A stretch of 60,702 bases of DNA from a candidate division WOR-3 bacterium (GTDB lineage: Bacteria > Hydrothermota > Hydrothermia > LBFQ01): positions 1-60,702 of the forward strand of contig WFXS01000042.1 in the NCBI GenBank assembly GCA_015490465.1, in the 5' to 3' direction. The notes below the pieces were generated by a model. That model made no database searches. It was given only the letters and a program-made list of their open reading frames with translations, and was not told the DNA's origin. This document shows positions 28,365-38,634 of this stretch, one piece after another. How positions within the stretch are numbered: the stretch's first letter is position 1; the number at the start of each line of letters is the position of its first letter. A program made the position numbers and the translations under genes.

Positions 28365-30629
28365 TCACCCCCTTATGATCCTCTTCAGTTCCTCCACCGA
28401 CATCAGCAACTTCCTTGGGCGGGAAGTCCCTTCGGACCTGGAGAGGAAACCGAGTCTCTCCAATTGATCCACTATCTTGGCCGCCCTCGGATAACCCACG
28501 CCTAGCCTACGCTGGAGCAAACTCGTGGAGCCGTACCCCACCTCCTGAAAAACCTCCGCAGCCTTCAGGATGAGGGGATCCAGTTTCCTCAGGTTTACCT
28601 GACCTCCACCCTCTTCCTCCTCCTCGTACGTAAAGGGGTAATAACCTTTTAGTGTCTTCTTGAGCCTCCCCATCGCATCCCCCTCACCGAACACCTCCTC
28701 GTAAATCTTCGCCAGTCTCTCCATGCGCCTGTCGTGAGCCGGCTCGTCGTCCCTGAAGAGGGCCGTCAGTACACCCTCCTCCTTCGCCCGCTTAACGAAC
28801 CTCTCCGTATCCACGTACTTCGTTCCCCACTCCCTCGTCAGGCGGTAGGCTATCCACGAGACGAGTACGGGGTTGATGTGTTCGGGGGCGGTGTAGTACC
28901 CGTGGACCCGTACGGGGTCGTGGCGGTCGGCCGTAAGTACGAGCATATCCCCCTTGCCAAGGAGCCTTTCGGCGCCGTCCCTGTCCAGTATGGTACGGGA
29001 ATCAAATCGGGAGGCCACTTTAAGGGCTATACGGGTGGGGAAGTTGGCCTTTATCACCGGTTTGACGACGTCAACCGAAGGTCTCTGGGTAGCCACTACC
29101 ATGTGTATGCCCACGGCACGGGCCAGCTGGGCTATCCTCTGTATTGCGTCTATGGTATCCTTGGAGGCCAGCATCATCAGGTCGGCCAACTCGTCTATTA
29201 CGACCACCACGTAGGGCATGGGTTCAATCTTCAGGCGCTTTGCCTTTCCGTTGTACGCCTCTATATCCCTCGCCCCTACGGAGGACAGTAGTGTATACCT
29301 CTCCGTCATCATATCCACCACCTTCTTCAGGGCGTGGACGGCCTGCGGGACCATCTTAGCCACGGGCATGAGCAGGTGCGGAAGCCCCTCAAACATGGAG
29401 AGTTCAACCATCTTCGGATCTATCAGGACGAGCCGCAGGGTCTCAGGGGTGTTCTTCTTTATAAGGCCGAGGATCATGGTGGAGAGGAGTACGCTCTTAC
29501 CGGAGCCGGTCGCTCCCCCGACGAGGACGTGGGGGGCCTTGTGGAGGTTGAATATGTAGGGTTTACCGAAGACGTCCACCCCTATGGGTACGTCCACGAG
29601 TTCCCCTTCCTTCAGGTAAGGCTCTGCGTCTTTAAACGTGAAAACCTTCCGCCTGTCGTTGGGTACCTCTATACCTATGTTGCCGCTGGGGAGAGGGGCC
29701 ACGATCCGTACCGGCTTCTTCAGAGATACGTGGAGATCGTCCTCCCTGCCCACAACCGAGCTGACCTTCACACCGGGAGCAGGTACGAACTCGTACAGGG
29801 TGAGTACCGGACCCTTCCACACCCTCACGATCTCTCCTTTGATACCGAATTCGGCGAGCTTTGAGAGTATGGCCCTCCTCGTACGCTCTATCTCCTCGTC
29901 CCCGACTCCATCGCCGGCATCCCCCACCCCTTTATCCTGTTCTTCGGTGAAAAGGGGCTTATCCTCATCCACTTTCACATCCAGATTCTCGTCCGTATCC
30001 CCCTTTCCGGTGGAAGTCTCCCCACCGATAGGTAAGACAGGCGGGGGAGGCGGAATTTCCCTCTTATCCCCTTCCATAGAAATAACGGGGGGACGTACGT
30101 CCTCCCTCCTTTCGTCCGATGGTCTTTCCTCTTCAGGTTCAGACTTCTCCGTTGGGGCCTCCTCCTCCACGTCAACCTTTACCTCTATCTCCTCTTCTTC
30201 GGTCGTGCGCAGAAAGTTTGTGAGCCGTTTTATGAGACCAGAACCTATAAGGAACGGCACGGGAGACAGAAGCAAAGAGAGTACACCGATGGGTACGTGT
30301 TTCCCCGATAGGATAGAGAAAATTCCCCACAGGGCAAGGAAGGGGGAGGTCCAGTAGTACTCCGGCATATCACGGAATATCCTCAGGAGCATCCACGCCA
30401 CAGGAACGAGCAGGGACAGGCCGAAGACCTCCCTCATGGGACGGAACATAGGGGATATAAGCGTGGCTATCAGGGCGAGGATCACACCTGCTATGACGAA
30501 GGGTCTCGTCCTCTTATCTCCGAGAGAACGCAAAAACAGGAAGTACAGGACTCCCCAGAGGACGACGTCTATTAGCAGGAGTAACGAGTACAACGGCATA
30601 TTGTACGGAAGAAAGGGAGGGAGGTACAC
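28365..30629 (-). CDS. ftsK: DNA translocase FtsK/SpoIIIE
   Basis: The protein is 754 aa. It has N-terminal TM helices and an acidic linker. The motor has 'HVLVGGATGSGKS' and 'VVVIDELADLMM'. The C-terminal gamma winged helix is 'SLLQRRLGVGYPRAAKIVDQLERLGFLS'. Confidence 0.92.
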   Translation of the reverse strand: MYLPPFLPYNMPLYSLLLLIDVVLWGVLYFLFLRSLGDKRTRPFVIAGVILALIATLISPMFRPMREVFGLSLLVPVAWMLLRIFRDMPEYYWTSPFLALWGIFSILSGKHVPIGVLSLLLSPVPFLIGSGLIKRLTNFLRTTEEEEIEVKVDVEEEAPTEKSEPEEERPSDERREDVRPPVISMEGDKREIPPPPPVLPIGGETSTGKGDTDENLDVKVDEDKPLFTEEQDKGVGDAGDGVGDEEIERTRRAILSKLAEFGIKGEIVRVWKGPVLTLYEFVPAPGVKVSSVVGREDDLHVSLKKPVRIVAPLPSGNIGIEVPNDRRKVFTFKDAEPYLKEGELVDVPIGVDVFGKPYIFNLHKAPHVLVGGATGSGKSVLLSTMILGLIKKNTPETLRLVLIDPKMVELSMFEGLPHLLMPVAKMVPQAVHALKKVVDMMTERYTLLSSVGARDIEAYNGKAKRLKIEPMPYVVVVIDELADLMMLASKDTIDAIQRIAQLARAVGIHMVVATQRPSVDVVKPVIKANFPTRIALKVASRFDSRTILDRDGAERLLGKGDMLVLTADRHDPVRVHGYYTAPEHINPVLVSWIAYRLTREWGTKYVDTERFVKRAKEEGVLTALFRDDEPAHDRRMERLAKIYEEVFGEGDAMGRLKKTLKGYYPFTYEEEEEGGGQVNLRKLDPLILKAAEVFQEVGYGSTSLLQRRLGVGYPRAAKIVDQLERLGFLSRSEGTSRPRKLLMSVEELKRIIRG

Positions 30630-30646
30630 CCTTAGAATATTCCATC

Positions 30647-31306
30647 GTGAGGAGAGGAATCCTTTTCCTTATTGGTGCGGTGCTTGTGGCCCTCACGCAG
30701 ATGTACGCCCTCTTCGTGGTTCCGCCCGTCAAGTGGCCGGGCCCTAACGGTCAGGTTCTTGGAACGGTCCAGAAGATCTTCTACGTCCACGTCCCCCTGG
30801 CGTGGGTGGGCTTTCTAATGGCCTTCGTGTCTGCCGTATTCGCCGTTGCATACCTCGTCAGAAGGGATCTCAGATGGGACAGGGTTTCGGCGGCGGCCAT
30901 GGAGGTGGCCACATTATTTTTAACGGTAGCGATCATCACCGGCTCCCTGTGGGCCAGGCCGGCGTGGGGGACCTTCTGGACGTGGGATCCCCGTCTGGTG
31001 AGCATGACCGTCCTCTGGGTCCTCGCCCTCGGGTACCTCTTCCTCCGGGGACTTTTAGACGAACCGGATCTTCGGGCCAGGATGAGCGCCCTCCTGTCCA
31101 TCCTCATAGTCGTTAACATACCCGTCGTCTTCCTGTCAATTAAACTGTTCAGAACTCTCCACCCCGCCGTGGTTAAGGGACTTTCACGGGGAGACACCTA
31201 CGGTATGGACGCCCCAATACTGTTCGGTCTTATTATCAACCTCCTGTCCATGACCCTTCTCGGCTTTACACTCCTGTACCTGAGGTATAAAAGGGAGGAA
31301 GCATGA
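30647..31306 (+). CDS. ccmC: heme exporter protein CcmC (cytochrome c maturation system I)
   Basis: The protein is 219 aa. It has 'KIFYVHVPLAW' (conserved His), the WWD motif 'WARPAWGTFWTWDPRL', and a second His in 'RTLHP'. It has six TM-like segments. Confidence 0.8.
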   Translation: MRRGILFLIGAVLVALTQMYALFVVPPVKWPGPNGQVLGTVQKIFYVHVPLAWVGFLMAFVSAVFAVAYLVRRDLRWDRVSAAAMEVATLFLTVAIITGSLWARPAWGTFWTWDPRLVSMTVLWVLALGYLFLRGLLDEPDLRARMSALLSILIVVNIPVVFLSIKLFRTLHPAVVKGLSRGDTYGMDAPILFGLIINLLSMTLLGFTLLYLRYKREEA

Positions 31307-32118
31307 CGGCGTTGGTTCTGTCCTTTCTAACGGAAAATTACGGGTTCTCCGGGTACTTTCCCGATTACTCGGACAGCCTTCGTCTCTCGGTTAACTACTA
31401 TACCGGAAGCCGCTATCCCCTGTTCGTGGGGTGCTTCAGGGGTTTCTGTCTGTACGCCGGTACGTACTCCGGCTTTTTCCGGGATTCCTCCTTTTATCTG
31501 AGGGATCACGTCAGGATAATAGACACCATCCGTATGCGGAGAAGTTCCATACAGGAGTGGGCGGTTTTGAACCGTTTCTTCTACTCCGGGAGGCTCCTCA
31601 TGGGGTTTGAGGCCGGCCTCGTGAGGGAGGTGTACGCCTCGGTACTCAACTCCTACAACGACGTATTTCCGGACAACAGGCTCAGCCTCGGAAACGAGCG
31701 GAGGGGGATACTCTTCGGGGGTGTGGTCGGCTATTCGTTCAAACAGGTGTCCGGGTACGCCCTCTTCAGGTACAGGAACGTAACTCAGGATTCGTCCATC
31801 TCGTCCGGGGATACTACCGGTTGGGCCATAACCGTCCCCTCCCCTCCCGGAAGCGACCTTGAGCTGTTGGTTAACCTGCGGTTCAGGGGTCTGCAGTTCA
31901 ACCTCAGCCACAGGAATAGGACGACCGCTTACCTCCGTACCGAGGGGATATTCAGGCGGGTAGTTTACGCCTTCAACCTCGGATACGACCGCGAGATCGG
32001 CCCCATGGTCTCCGGGGGACTCGGGGCGGACGTTAAGGGTACGAGGGTTATGGTGGGCGGAGCGTACATGGGAGGCAGCGTCCTATCGGTCGGCGTACGC
32101 TACCCTGCACAACGGTAG
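31303..32118 (+). CDS. hypothetical protein, beta-barrel-like (possible outer-membrane protein)
   Basis: The protein is 271 aa. It shows alternating aromatic/Gly strands ('GILFGGVVGYSFKQVSGYALFRYRN', 'VMVGGAYMGGSVLSVGVRY'). It shares an ATGA overlap with ccmC. Confidence 0.4.
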   Translation: MTALVLSFLTENYGFSGYFPDYSDSLRLSVNYYTGSRYPLFVGCFRGFCLYAGTYSGFFRDSSFYLRDHVRIIDTIRMRRSSIQEWAVLNRFFYSGRLLMGFEAGLVREVYASVLNSYNDVFPDNRLSLGNERRGILFGGVVGYSFKQVSGYALFRYRNVTQDSSISSGDTTGWAITVPSPPGSDLELLVNLRFRGLQFNLSHRNRTTAYLRTEGIFRRVVYAFNLGYDREIGPMVSGGLGADVKGTRVMVGGAYMGGSVLSVGVRYPAQR

Positions 32119-32164
32119 CAAGGCATCTGGCAAAAACACTACGGCTGGTGTATAATAGCAGGTC

Positions 32165-33397
32165 ATGATCTTTATAGTGGGACTGGAAACAGGGTTAAGC
32201 GGTATAGCATCGGAGAAGGAGACCCATCACACGGAACGGGTACAGATGTTCCCCGTAACGTACTCGGGATGCTCCTACGTAGGTACGGACTACACGATCA
32301 CGAACGGATACATGGAGTGGAACCTGAACATTGACAACACGAGCAGCGACTTCGGTACCTACACCGCCCGCACGGGATCCATGCATACGGATCCTCACGT
32401 TACCATCCTCTACGGCGCCCCCAGCGCCTGGAGCAGCTATACAACCGTACACGTTGAAGGGTCCAACACGGACTACGTCTTTGGAGACGGATCGGCCGTT
32501 GATTACCCGTATCCGGGGTTTACTATAGTATCCGGGCTGAGTTACGCCCAGCAGGTTATATGTCAGGAGAGTGGACCCATAAAGAGCGTTACGTTCGTGT
32601 ACAACCTTAACCGTGGGGGGGATGATCTTACGGTGAGGGAGATCTTCTGGATAACGGGGTCCAACCCCGACGACTCCCGTCTATGGCACAAAACGATAGT
32701 GAAGAACAACGCCTTCATGCCCAACTCCATAGGTATCCGGTGGCAGTACGATACCCACCTCAGGGGGACGGACCACCCCGCCCACTACCAGTGCGATTAT
32801 TACCCGGCATTCAGCATGTCGTGTGGCCCTATGGTAACCAACGAAATTGAAGTGAATCCCGTACCGGATAACTTTGATTACCTCCGTACGTCCGACACCG
32901 ATCCTCCCACGGGCCTTTACCACATATTCGCCGTGTACGAGGGTGGACCGGACAGCGGCATAGTCACGATACCGGACTTCGTGTACCACGCCTACTGGGT
33001 GGACGCCTACAACAACCCGTGGACGTGGGGGCTGTCGGGAACGAACATCTCCCTCGGTAGCGGCTCCGACAACGCCTTCCTCTACTTCTGGCTTCCCGTG
33101 AACCTCACCTACGGCGACAGTATCGTTTACTACCACTACATAGGTGCTACCCGTACACCCGCGGGATGGGACGACCCCACGGACGTTTCCGAGAAGGGTG
33201 ATCTGGCAGGGTCCCCGGCCGTAAAAGTTGTAAGGGGTGGAGTGGTACTCGTGGGTTCCGGCGTGGCCTCAGTCTATGCGGTGGACGGAAGGGTTCTCTT
33301 CAGGGGAGAGGTAGAGGGTAGGCTCTACAGGAGCCTTAAACCGGGGGTTTACGTCGTCCGGTTTGGGGATAGAACCTACCGCATAACCGTCAGGTAA
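32165..33397 (+). CDS. secreted protein with a T9SS C-terminal sorting domain
   Basis: The protein is 410 aa. The C-terminus is 'VASVYAVDGRVLFRGEVEGRLYRSLKPGVYVVRFGDRTYRITVR'. The N-terminal start is uncertain. Confidence 0.6.
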   Translation: MIFIVGLETGLSGIASEKETHHTERVQMFPVTYSGCSYVGTDYTITNGYMEWNLNIDNTSSDFGTYTARTGSMHTDPHVTILYGAPSAWSSYTTVHVEGSNTDYVFGDGSAVDYPYPGFTIVSGLSYAQQVICQESGPIKSVTFVYNLNRGGDDLTVREIFWITGSNPDDSRLWHKTIVKNNAFMPNSIGIRWQYDTHLRGTDHPAHYQCDYYPAFSMSCGPMVTNEIEVNPVPDNFDYLRTSDTDPPTGLYHIFAVYEGGPDSGIVTIPDFVYHAYWVDAYNNPWTWGLSGTNISLGSGSDNAFLYFWLPVNLTYGDSIVYYHYIGATRTPAGWDDPTDVSEKGDLAGSPAVKVVRGGVVLVGSGVASVYAVDGRVLFRGEVEGRLYRSLKPGVYVVRFGDRTYRITVR

Positions 33398-33416
33398 ACG
33401 TAGCCAACAGAAGTTA

Positions 33417-33443
33417 AAGGGGGGGCTAAGGCCCCCCTTTTTT
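33417..33443. terminator. bidirectional intrinsic terminator between convergent genes
   Basis: The sequence is AAA-GGGGGGC-TAAG-GCCCCCC-TTTTTT. It forms a 7-bp GC stem with a tetraloop and a T6 tract. The A-tract on the other side serves the minus-strand gene. Confidence 0.6.
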
Positions 33444-34602
33444 AGTAAACTATCGCCAGAAACCCCCTCAGGTACTCCGCATCCGGGAAGTAGACCGGAA
33501 CGGGATGGTCCGGGGACTGGTGGAGTTTGTATAGGATCTTCACCTCCCTGAGCAGCCTCTTGGCCGCCCTCGTCATCTCCCCCTCAAGGAGATCAAACCC
33601 GATATGCCGGGAGCAGGAGAATACGGCGAGAAGGCCCCCTTCGTCAAGCAGTCTTAATGCCCTGTCAAATAGGGTGAAGTACCCCCTTCTGGCGCCGGAT
33701 ACGTTCCTCCCCTTAGCGAAAGCCGGAGGGTCAAGTACTATCCCGTCAAACCTCTCGTGGGCCAGAAGAAAACTGTCAAGCATATCAAATACGTTGGCCG
33801 TGAAGGTTTCAACGGTCTTTTTATGGAACCCGTTCGCCTCCACGTTCTCCCTGAGGATTCCCAGAGCATCACCGTCCTCGTCTATGGCCACGACCTTCTC
33901 AACCCCGTACTTCAGCAGATGCAGGGTAAAGCCACCCGTATACGAGAAGGCGTCCAGAACCCTACTCCTTCCCCTCATCGTACGCCCCACTATCTCCCAG
34001 TTCAACCTCTGGTCAAGGTACATTCCCGTCTTCTGGCCTCCTATGGGGACCCTGAACTTCAGGCCGTTTATCTCAACCCACACGTGGGAGATCTCCTCGT
34101 CGTAGAAGTGCCAGCCTTCGTAAGGCTCAAGACCCTCCTGCCTCCGGGCGTAGGAGTCGCTCTTCTCGTAGAGCCACCTGTAACCCGCCATACGGAAACC
34201 TTCCACTATCTCCCGGCGGAGTTTGTCCGCCCCGTAGGAGGATATCTGGATAACCGCCCCCCTGCCGTAGACGTCGGCTATTATTCCGGGCATGTTGTCC
34301 GCCTCCGCGAAGAACAGGCGGTAGGCGTTCTTAAAACCGAGGATCTTTTCCCTTTCGTACCTCGCCCGCTTTATACGGGAGTACACTAAGCCTGCCGTGA
34401 AGTCCTCCTCGTCCCGGCTGTAGAAACGCAGGGCCAGTTTGCCTTCGGGGTTGTAGAAGGCACTTCCGAAGAACTTTCCCTTAACGTAAACCGCCGCCTC
34501 AAACCCCTGCCCTATCACCCCCTTTACCCTGTCCCGGAATATCCAGGGATGCAGGCCGTAGTCGGAGGGCTTTCCCTTGAGGTTCACCCTTATGCGTGGC
34601 AC
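33442..34602 (-). CDS. rlmI: class I SAM-dependent rRNA (cytosine-C5) methyltransferase, RlmI-like
   Basis: The protein is 386 aa. It has a PUA-like N-terminus ('HPWIFRDRV'), 'VLDAFSYTGGFTLH', 'IVLDPPAFAK' and 'FSCS'. Confidence 0.85.
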   Translation of the reverse strand: MPRIRVNLKGKPSDYGLHPWIFRDRVKGVIGQGFEAAVYVKGKFFGSAFYNPEGKLALRFYSRDEEDFTAGLVYSRIKRARYEREKILGFKNAYRLFFAEADNMPGIIADVYGRGAVIQISSYGADKLRREIVEGFRMAGYRWLYEKSDSYARRQEGLEPYEGWHFYDEEISHVWVEINGLKFRVPIGGQKTGMYLDQRLNWEIVGRTMRGRSRVLDAFSYTGGFTLHLLKYGVEKVVAIDEDGDALGILRENVEANGFHKKTVETFTANVFDMLDSFLLAHERFDGIVLDPPAFAKGRNVSGARRGYFTLFDRALRLLDEGGLLAVFSCSRHIGFDLLEGEMTRAAKRLLREVKILYKLHQSPDHPVPVYFPDAEYLRGFLAIVY

Positions 34603-34620
34603 GACGGAATTCTAAGACCG

Positions 34621-37083
34621 TTATTCCCCCACCCTCTTTTTGAGCTCGTAGAGGACGTCTAAGGCGTCCTTCGGGGATAGGGAGTCAACGTTTATGCTCC
34701 TTATGAAGTCAACGATGTCGCTTCCGTCTCCGGAGGTCTTCAGAAGGAACTCCCTCTCAAACTTCCTCTGCAGCTCCTCAGCCCTCTCTATCACCCATTC
34801 GGGCAGACCGGCCAGACGGGCGACGTATATACCGTAACTCCTGTCCGCACTTCCCGGCACTATGCGGTAGAGGAAGACGACCTCTTCCTCCTCCTCCCTG
34901 ACCGCCGCCTGAAGGTTGAAGGCGTTGGGATGCTCCGATGCTAACCGTGATAACTCGTGGTAGTGGGTGGCGAAGAGGGTTCTGGCCTTTATGCGGTTGA
35001 GGATGTACTCGGAGACGGCCCACGCTATGGCGAGGCCGTCGTGGGTGCTGGTACCCCTCCCTATCTCGTCCAGGAGGATGAGGCTGCGCCCCGTGGCGTA
35101 CCTGAGTATGTTGGAAACTTCGTTCATCTCGGCCATGAAGGTGGAGACCCCCCGCGTGAGGTCGTCGGAAGCCCCTATACGGGTGAATATCCGGTCGGTG
35201 AGGGGGATCCTCGCCTTCTCCGCAGGCACGTAGCTCCCCATGTGGGCCATGAGGACTATGAGGCCGACCTGTCTGAGATAGGTTGACTTGCCTCCCATGT
35301 TGGGGCCGGTTATGAGGGCGAAGAACCTGTCCCGGGATAGGTGGGTGTCGTTCGGGACGAAGGATACGTCCATGAAGGCCTCCACCATAGGGTGCCTGCC
35401 CCTGATTATCTCAAGGTCGTACCCGGTGTGTATCTCCGGTTTCACGTAGCCGTAGTTGTAGGCCACGTCCCCAAGGGCGAGGGCGAGATCCGTTTCGGCG
35501 ATGAACCGGCTCAGCTCCTTTATTTCGGAAGAGCGTTTTACCACATCCGAGAGGAGAGCGCGGTATATCTCCCGCTCAAGGCTTACGGCCCTCTCCTTTG
35601 CGGAGAGGATCTTCATCTCCAGTTCCTGAAGTTCCGCCGTCTTGTACCTCTCTGAGTTCTTGAGGGACTGGATCGGAAGGAAGTCCTCCGGAACCCTCCT
35701 CCTCTGACTGCGGGGGACCTCGTAGTAGTACCCGAAGGCCGAAACGTACCCCACCCGGAGGTTCTGTATACCCGTCCTCCTCCTCTCCTTCTCCTCCAGC
35801 TCCTTGAGTAGCCTGTCCCCCTCCCTCTGTATCCTCCTCAGCTCGTCAAGGTTGGGGTCCACACCGTCCTTTATCACGCCACCGGAGGAAAGGTCGGAAG
35901 GTGGTTCCTCCTCAAGCGTGTCCCTTATCTTTCGGCTTAACCCCTTAAGTTCTTCAAGGAGGGCGGGGGGTAAACCCTTCAGTTTATCCGCAACGGCCAC
36001 GGCCGACTCAAGGGAGGAGGCGAATCTCAGGAGGTTCCGGGGTGAAAGGCGGAAGGAGGAGGCCCTGGCCGTATCCCTCTCTATGTCCCCCACCCCCTCA
36101 AGGAGGCTGCCTACGTCCCTCGCGAGGAGGCGGTCGTCAACGAACGTACCTACCCTTTTCTGGCGTTCGGTTATATCCCCGATATTTCTGAAGGGATGGG
36201 ATATGGAGAAGCGGAGGAGCCTCTTACCCATGGGTGTGCGACACCTGTTTAATAGGGCGTACAGGGACCTTTCCCCGAAGAGGTCAAGGGTGTCCATGGT
36301 ACGGAAGTCAAGGGGGATGTACCTGCCCTTGAGGTACTCCACGGGTCTCTGGAGGTGGGATAGGGCGGTCGGTCTCTTCTCTTTGAGGTAGGAGACGAGG
36401 GCGGAGAAGGCGCTGAGGACGAGGGGCGGGAGGTCGTAGGTTTCCCCGTAGATTTCCCCGAGGAGTTCCATGCCGAGTTGGGACGAGAACACTTCCCGGT
36501 CCCTCTCGGTTACGGCACCGACCTTAACGGGTGGCTTCTTCCCCTTCGGGAGGATCATCTCCCCCACGTTCAACCTCTCTAACTCCTCTCTTACCTCCTC
36601 CTCCTTTCCGTGGATGTAGAGGACGTCCCCGGTGGACACGTCCACCAGGGCGGCGCCGGCCTCCCCGAGGGCCGAAACGTAGGCCACAAGGTAGTTGTTG
36701 GCGTCCTCCGGAAGTATCCCTTCGGAGAGTACGGTTCCCGGCGTTATTACCTCCGTTACCACCCTCTTGAGGAGGGTACGCCCCTCCTTCTCGTCCGTCT
36801 GATCGCATATAGCCACCTTGTACCCCGCCTTCAGAAGTCGGTTTATATAGGACTCGGCGGCACGGACAGGTATCCCGGCCATCGGCACCCTGATCCCCTT
36901 TCCCATCGGGCGACTTGTCAGGACTATGCCGAGGACCTTAGAGACGGTTTCGGCATCCTCGTAGAAGGTTTCGTAAAAGTCCCCGAGATGAAAGAGGAGG
37001 ATCTCCTCCGGATGTTCCGCCTTTATCCTCTTGTACTGTTCAAGGAGGGGGGTATCCCTCTTCGCCTTCTTAACCCTCGCCAT
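34621..37083 (-). CDS. mutS: DNA mismatch repair protein MutS
   Basis: The protein is 820 aa. It has 'TPLLEQYKRIKAEHPEEILLFHLGDFYETF', Walker A 'ITGPNMGGKSTYLRQ', 'LILLDEIGRGTSTHDG' and 'FATHYHEL'. Confidence 0.95.
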   Translation of the reverse strand: MARVKKAKRDTPLLEQYKRIKAEHPEEILLFHLGDFYETFYEDAETVSKVLGIVLTSRPMGKGIRVPMAGIPVRAAESYINRLLKAGYKVAICDQTDEKEGRTLLKRVVTEVITPGTVLSEGILPEDANNYLVAYVSALGEAGAALVDVSTGDVLYIHGKEEEVREELERLNVGEMILPKGKKPPVKVGAVTERDREVFSSQLGMELLGEIYGETYDLPPLVLSAFSALVSYLKEKRPTALSHLQRPVEYLKGRYIPLDFRTMDTLDLFGERSLYALLNRCRTPMGKRLLRFSISHPFRNIGDITERQKRVGTFVDDRLLARDVGSLLEGVGDIERDTARASSFRLSPRNLLRFASSLESAVAVADKLKGLPPALLEELKGLSRKIRDTLEEEPPSDLSSGGVIKDGVDPNLDELRRIQREGDRLLKELEEKERRRTGIQNLRVGYVSAFGYYYEVPRSQRRRVPEDFLPIQSLKNSERYKTAELQELEMKILSAKERAVSLEREIYRALLSDVVKRSSEIKELSRFIAETDLALALGDVAYNYGYVKPEIHTGYDLEIIRGRHPMVEAFMDVSFVPNDTHLSRDRFFALITGPNMGGKSTYLRQVGLIVLMAHMGSYVPAEKARIPLTDRIFTRIGASDDLTRGVSTFMAEMNEVSNILRYATGRSLILLDEIGRGTSTHDGLAIAWAVSEYILNRIKARTLFATHYHELSRLASEHPNAFNLQAAVREEEEEVVFLYRIVPGSADRSYGIYVARLAGLPEWVIERAEELQRKFEREFLLKTSGDGSDIVDFIRSINVDSLSPKDALDVLYELKKRVGE

Positions 37084-37111
37084 ATTTAAGTCCCCAATTC
37101 TAAGGACGCCT

Positions 37112-38515
37112 TCAGTGGGCGCTTCCCTCCAGATCTACCTCCGGGTACTTCCTCAGTTCGGAGTATACCAGTTCCCTCAACTCCTCCAACCTCTCCGGCG
37201 TCTTCGCCTCAAACCTCATTACGAGTACGCTCTGCGTGTTGGATGCCCTCACGAGGGCGAAACCGTCCGGGAACTCTATCCTCGCCCCGTCAATGTCTAT
37301 GACGGGCAGACCCATGGCCTTGAACTTCTCCACGAGTTCAGCCACTATCCTGAACTTGACCTCGTCGTTGGTGACTGGTACCCTTATTTCCGGTGTGGAT
37401 ACGTACTGGGGTATCTCTGCAAGAAGCTCCGTAAGGGACTTCTCTTCCTGTGAGAGCATCTCAAGAAAGCGAAGGGAGGCGTAAATGGCGTCGTCGTGGC
37501 CGAAGAAACGGTGTTTAAAGAATATGTGTCCGGACATCTCCCCAGCTATGGGGGCGTTCACCTCCTTCATCTTGGCCTTTATGAGGGAGTGGCCGGTCTT
37601 CCACATGATCACCTTCGCCCCCAGTCCTTCAAGGTACTCCACCACACCCTTTGAGCATTTTACGTCAAGGATAACCGGAGCGCCGGGGAGTTCCCTCAGA
37701 ACGGGTCGGGCGAGGAGGGCGAGTATCTTGTCAGCGAACACCATCTCCCCGTCCGGCCCAACGAGACCAAAGCGGTCGGCGTCCCCATCAAACCCGAAGC
37801 CCATGTCCAGCCCCCTGTCCACGACCAGACGGGACAGCTCCTTCATGTAATCCGGAACGGTCGGATCCGGTATGTGGTTGGGGAACCTCCCGTCCGGCTC
37901 TAAATATAGGCCCTCGTACTTTATACCCTTCTTCGGATAGAGCATCTCCACGACCGGACCCGCCGCGCCGTTCCCCGTATCCACACCGACGTGGAACTCC
38001 TTCGTTATGCTTACGTTCTTTCTTACCCAGTCCACGTACTCCTTAAGGGCATCGTGGGGTACGACCTTGCCGTTGGGGTAAGGGTACTTAGGAGAGAGGT
38101 GGGGGTCGGAGAAGATCCAGTAGAGTTTCTGTATATCGTCTCCGTAAAAGGGATCCCCTCCGAGGACTATCTTAAAACCGTTAAACTCCGGCGGGTTATG
38201 GCTGGCGGTTACCTGGACGCCGGCGTGGACGTTCATCGTCCTGGCGGCGAAGTACATAACCGGTGTGGGTACGGTGCCTATATCCACGATGGTCATACCC
38301 ATGTGCGTGAGTCCCCTGACGAAGGAGTCCTTTATGGCTGGTGTATGGGTACGGACGTCCCCACCCACGACTACGGTGTTGGCCCCCATATCCTCAAGGA
38401 TCTTGCCGAACGCTACGGCAAGGCGGTAGGCAAAGCCTTCGTTTATCTCGTCGGGATAGGTTCCCCTTATGTCGTACTTCCGGAATACGTGCTTCAACTC
38501 CTTAAAGTCCTTCAT
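37112..38515 (-). CDS. phosphomannomutase/phosphoglucomutase (alpha-D-phosphohexomutase)
   Basis: It has the active-site loop 'VTASHNPPEFNGFK', the metal loop 'GFGFDGDADR' and 'GEMSGH'. I chose the ATG at 38515 (MKDFKELKHVFRKYDIRG), which matches the family N-terminus. The track ORF extends to a GTG at 38572. Confidence 0.9.
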   Translation of the reverse strand: MKDFKELKHVFRKYDIRGTYPDEINEGFAYRLAVAFGKILEDMGANTVVVGGDVRTHTPAIKDSFVRGLTHMGMTIVDIGTVPTPVMYFAARTMNVHAGVQVTASHNPPEFNGFKIVLGGDPFYGDDIQKLYWIFSDPHLSPKYPYPNGKVVPHDALKEYVDWVRKNVSITKEFHVGVDTGNGAAGPVVEMLYPKKGIKYEGLYLEPDGRFPNHIPDPTVPDYMKELSRLVVDRGLDMGFGFDGDADRFGLVGPDGEMVFADKILALLARPVLRELPGAPVILDVKCSKGVVEYLEGLGAKVIMWKTGHSLIKAKMKEVNAPIAGEMSGHIFFKHRFFGHDDAIYASLRFLEMLSQEEKSLTELLAEIPQYVSTPEIRVPVTNDEVKFRIVAELVEKFKAMGLPVIDIDGARIEFPDGFALVRASNTQSVLVMRFEAKTPERLEELRELVYSELRKYPEVDLEGSAH

Positions 38516-38634
38516 GGGGGGTATTCTAAGAGCGGACGATATGGCACCCCGTTGAAAGTGACCGAACGGCACTTGAACGGTAAATCAAACCGGACTTAAA
38601 TTTTGCCCATGTATCAGATGAGAGTCGGGATCTT

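Noticed and set aside
28365-30629. ftsK lies next to the Type IIG insert, so I considered whether it is part of a mobile or conjugative element.
   Set aside because: Its composition and codon style match the core genome. It has the full chromosomal FtsK layout, with TM helices, a linker, the motor and the gamma domain. No relaxase or T4SS genes are nearby.
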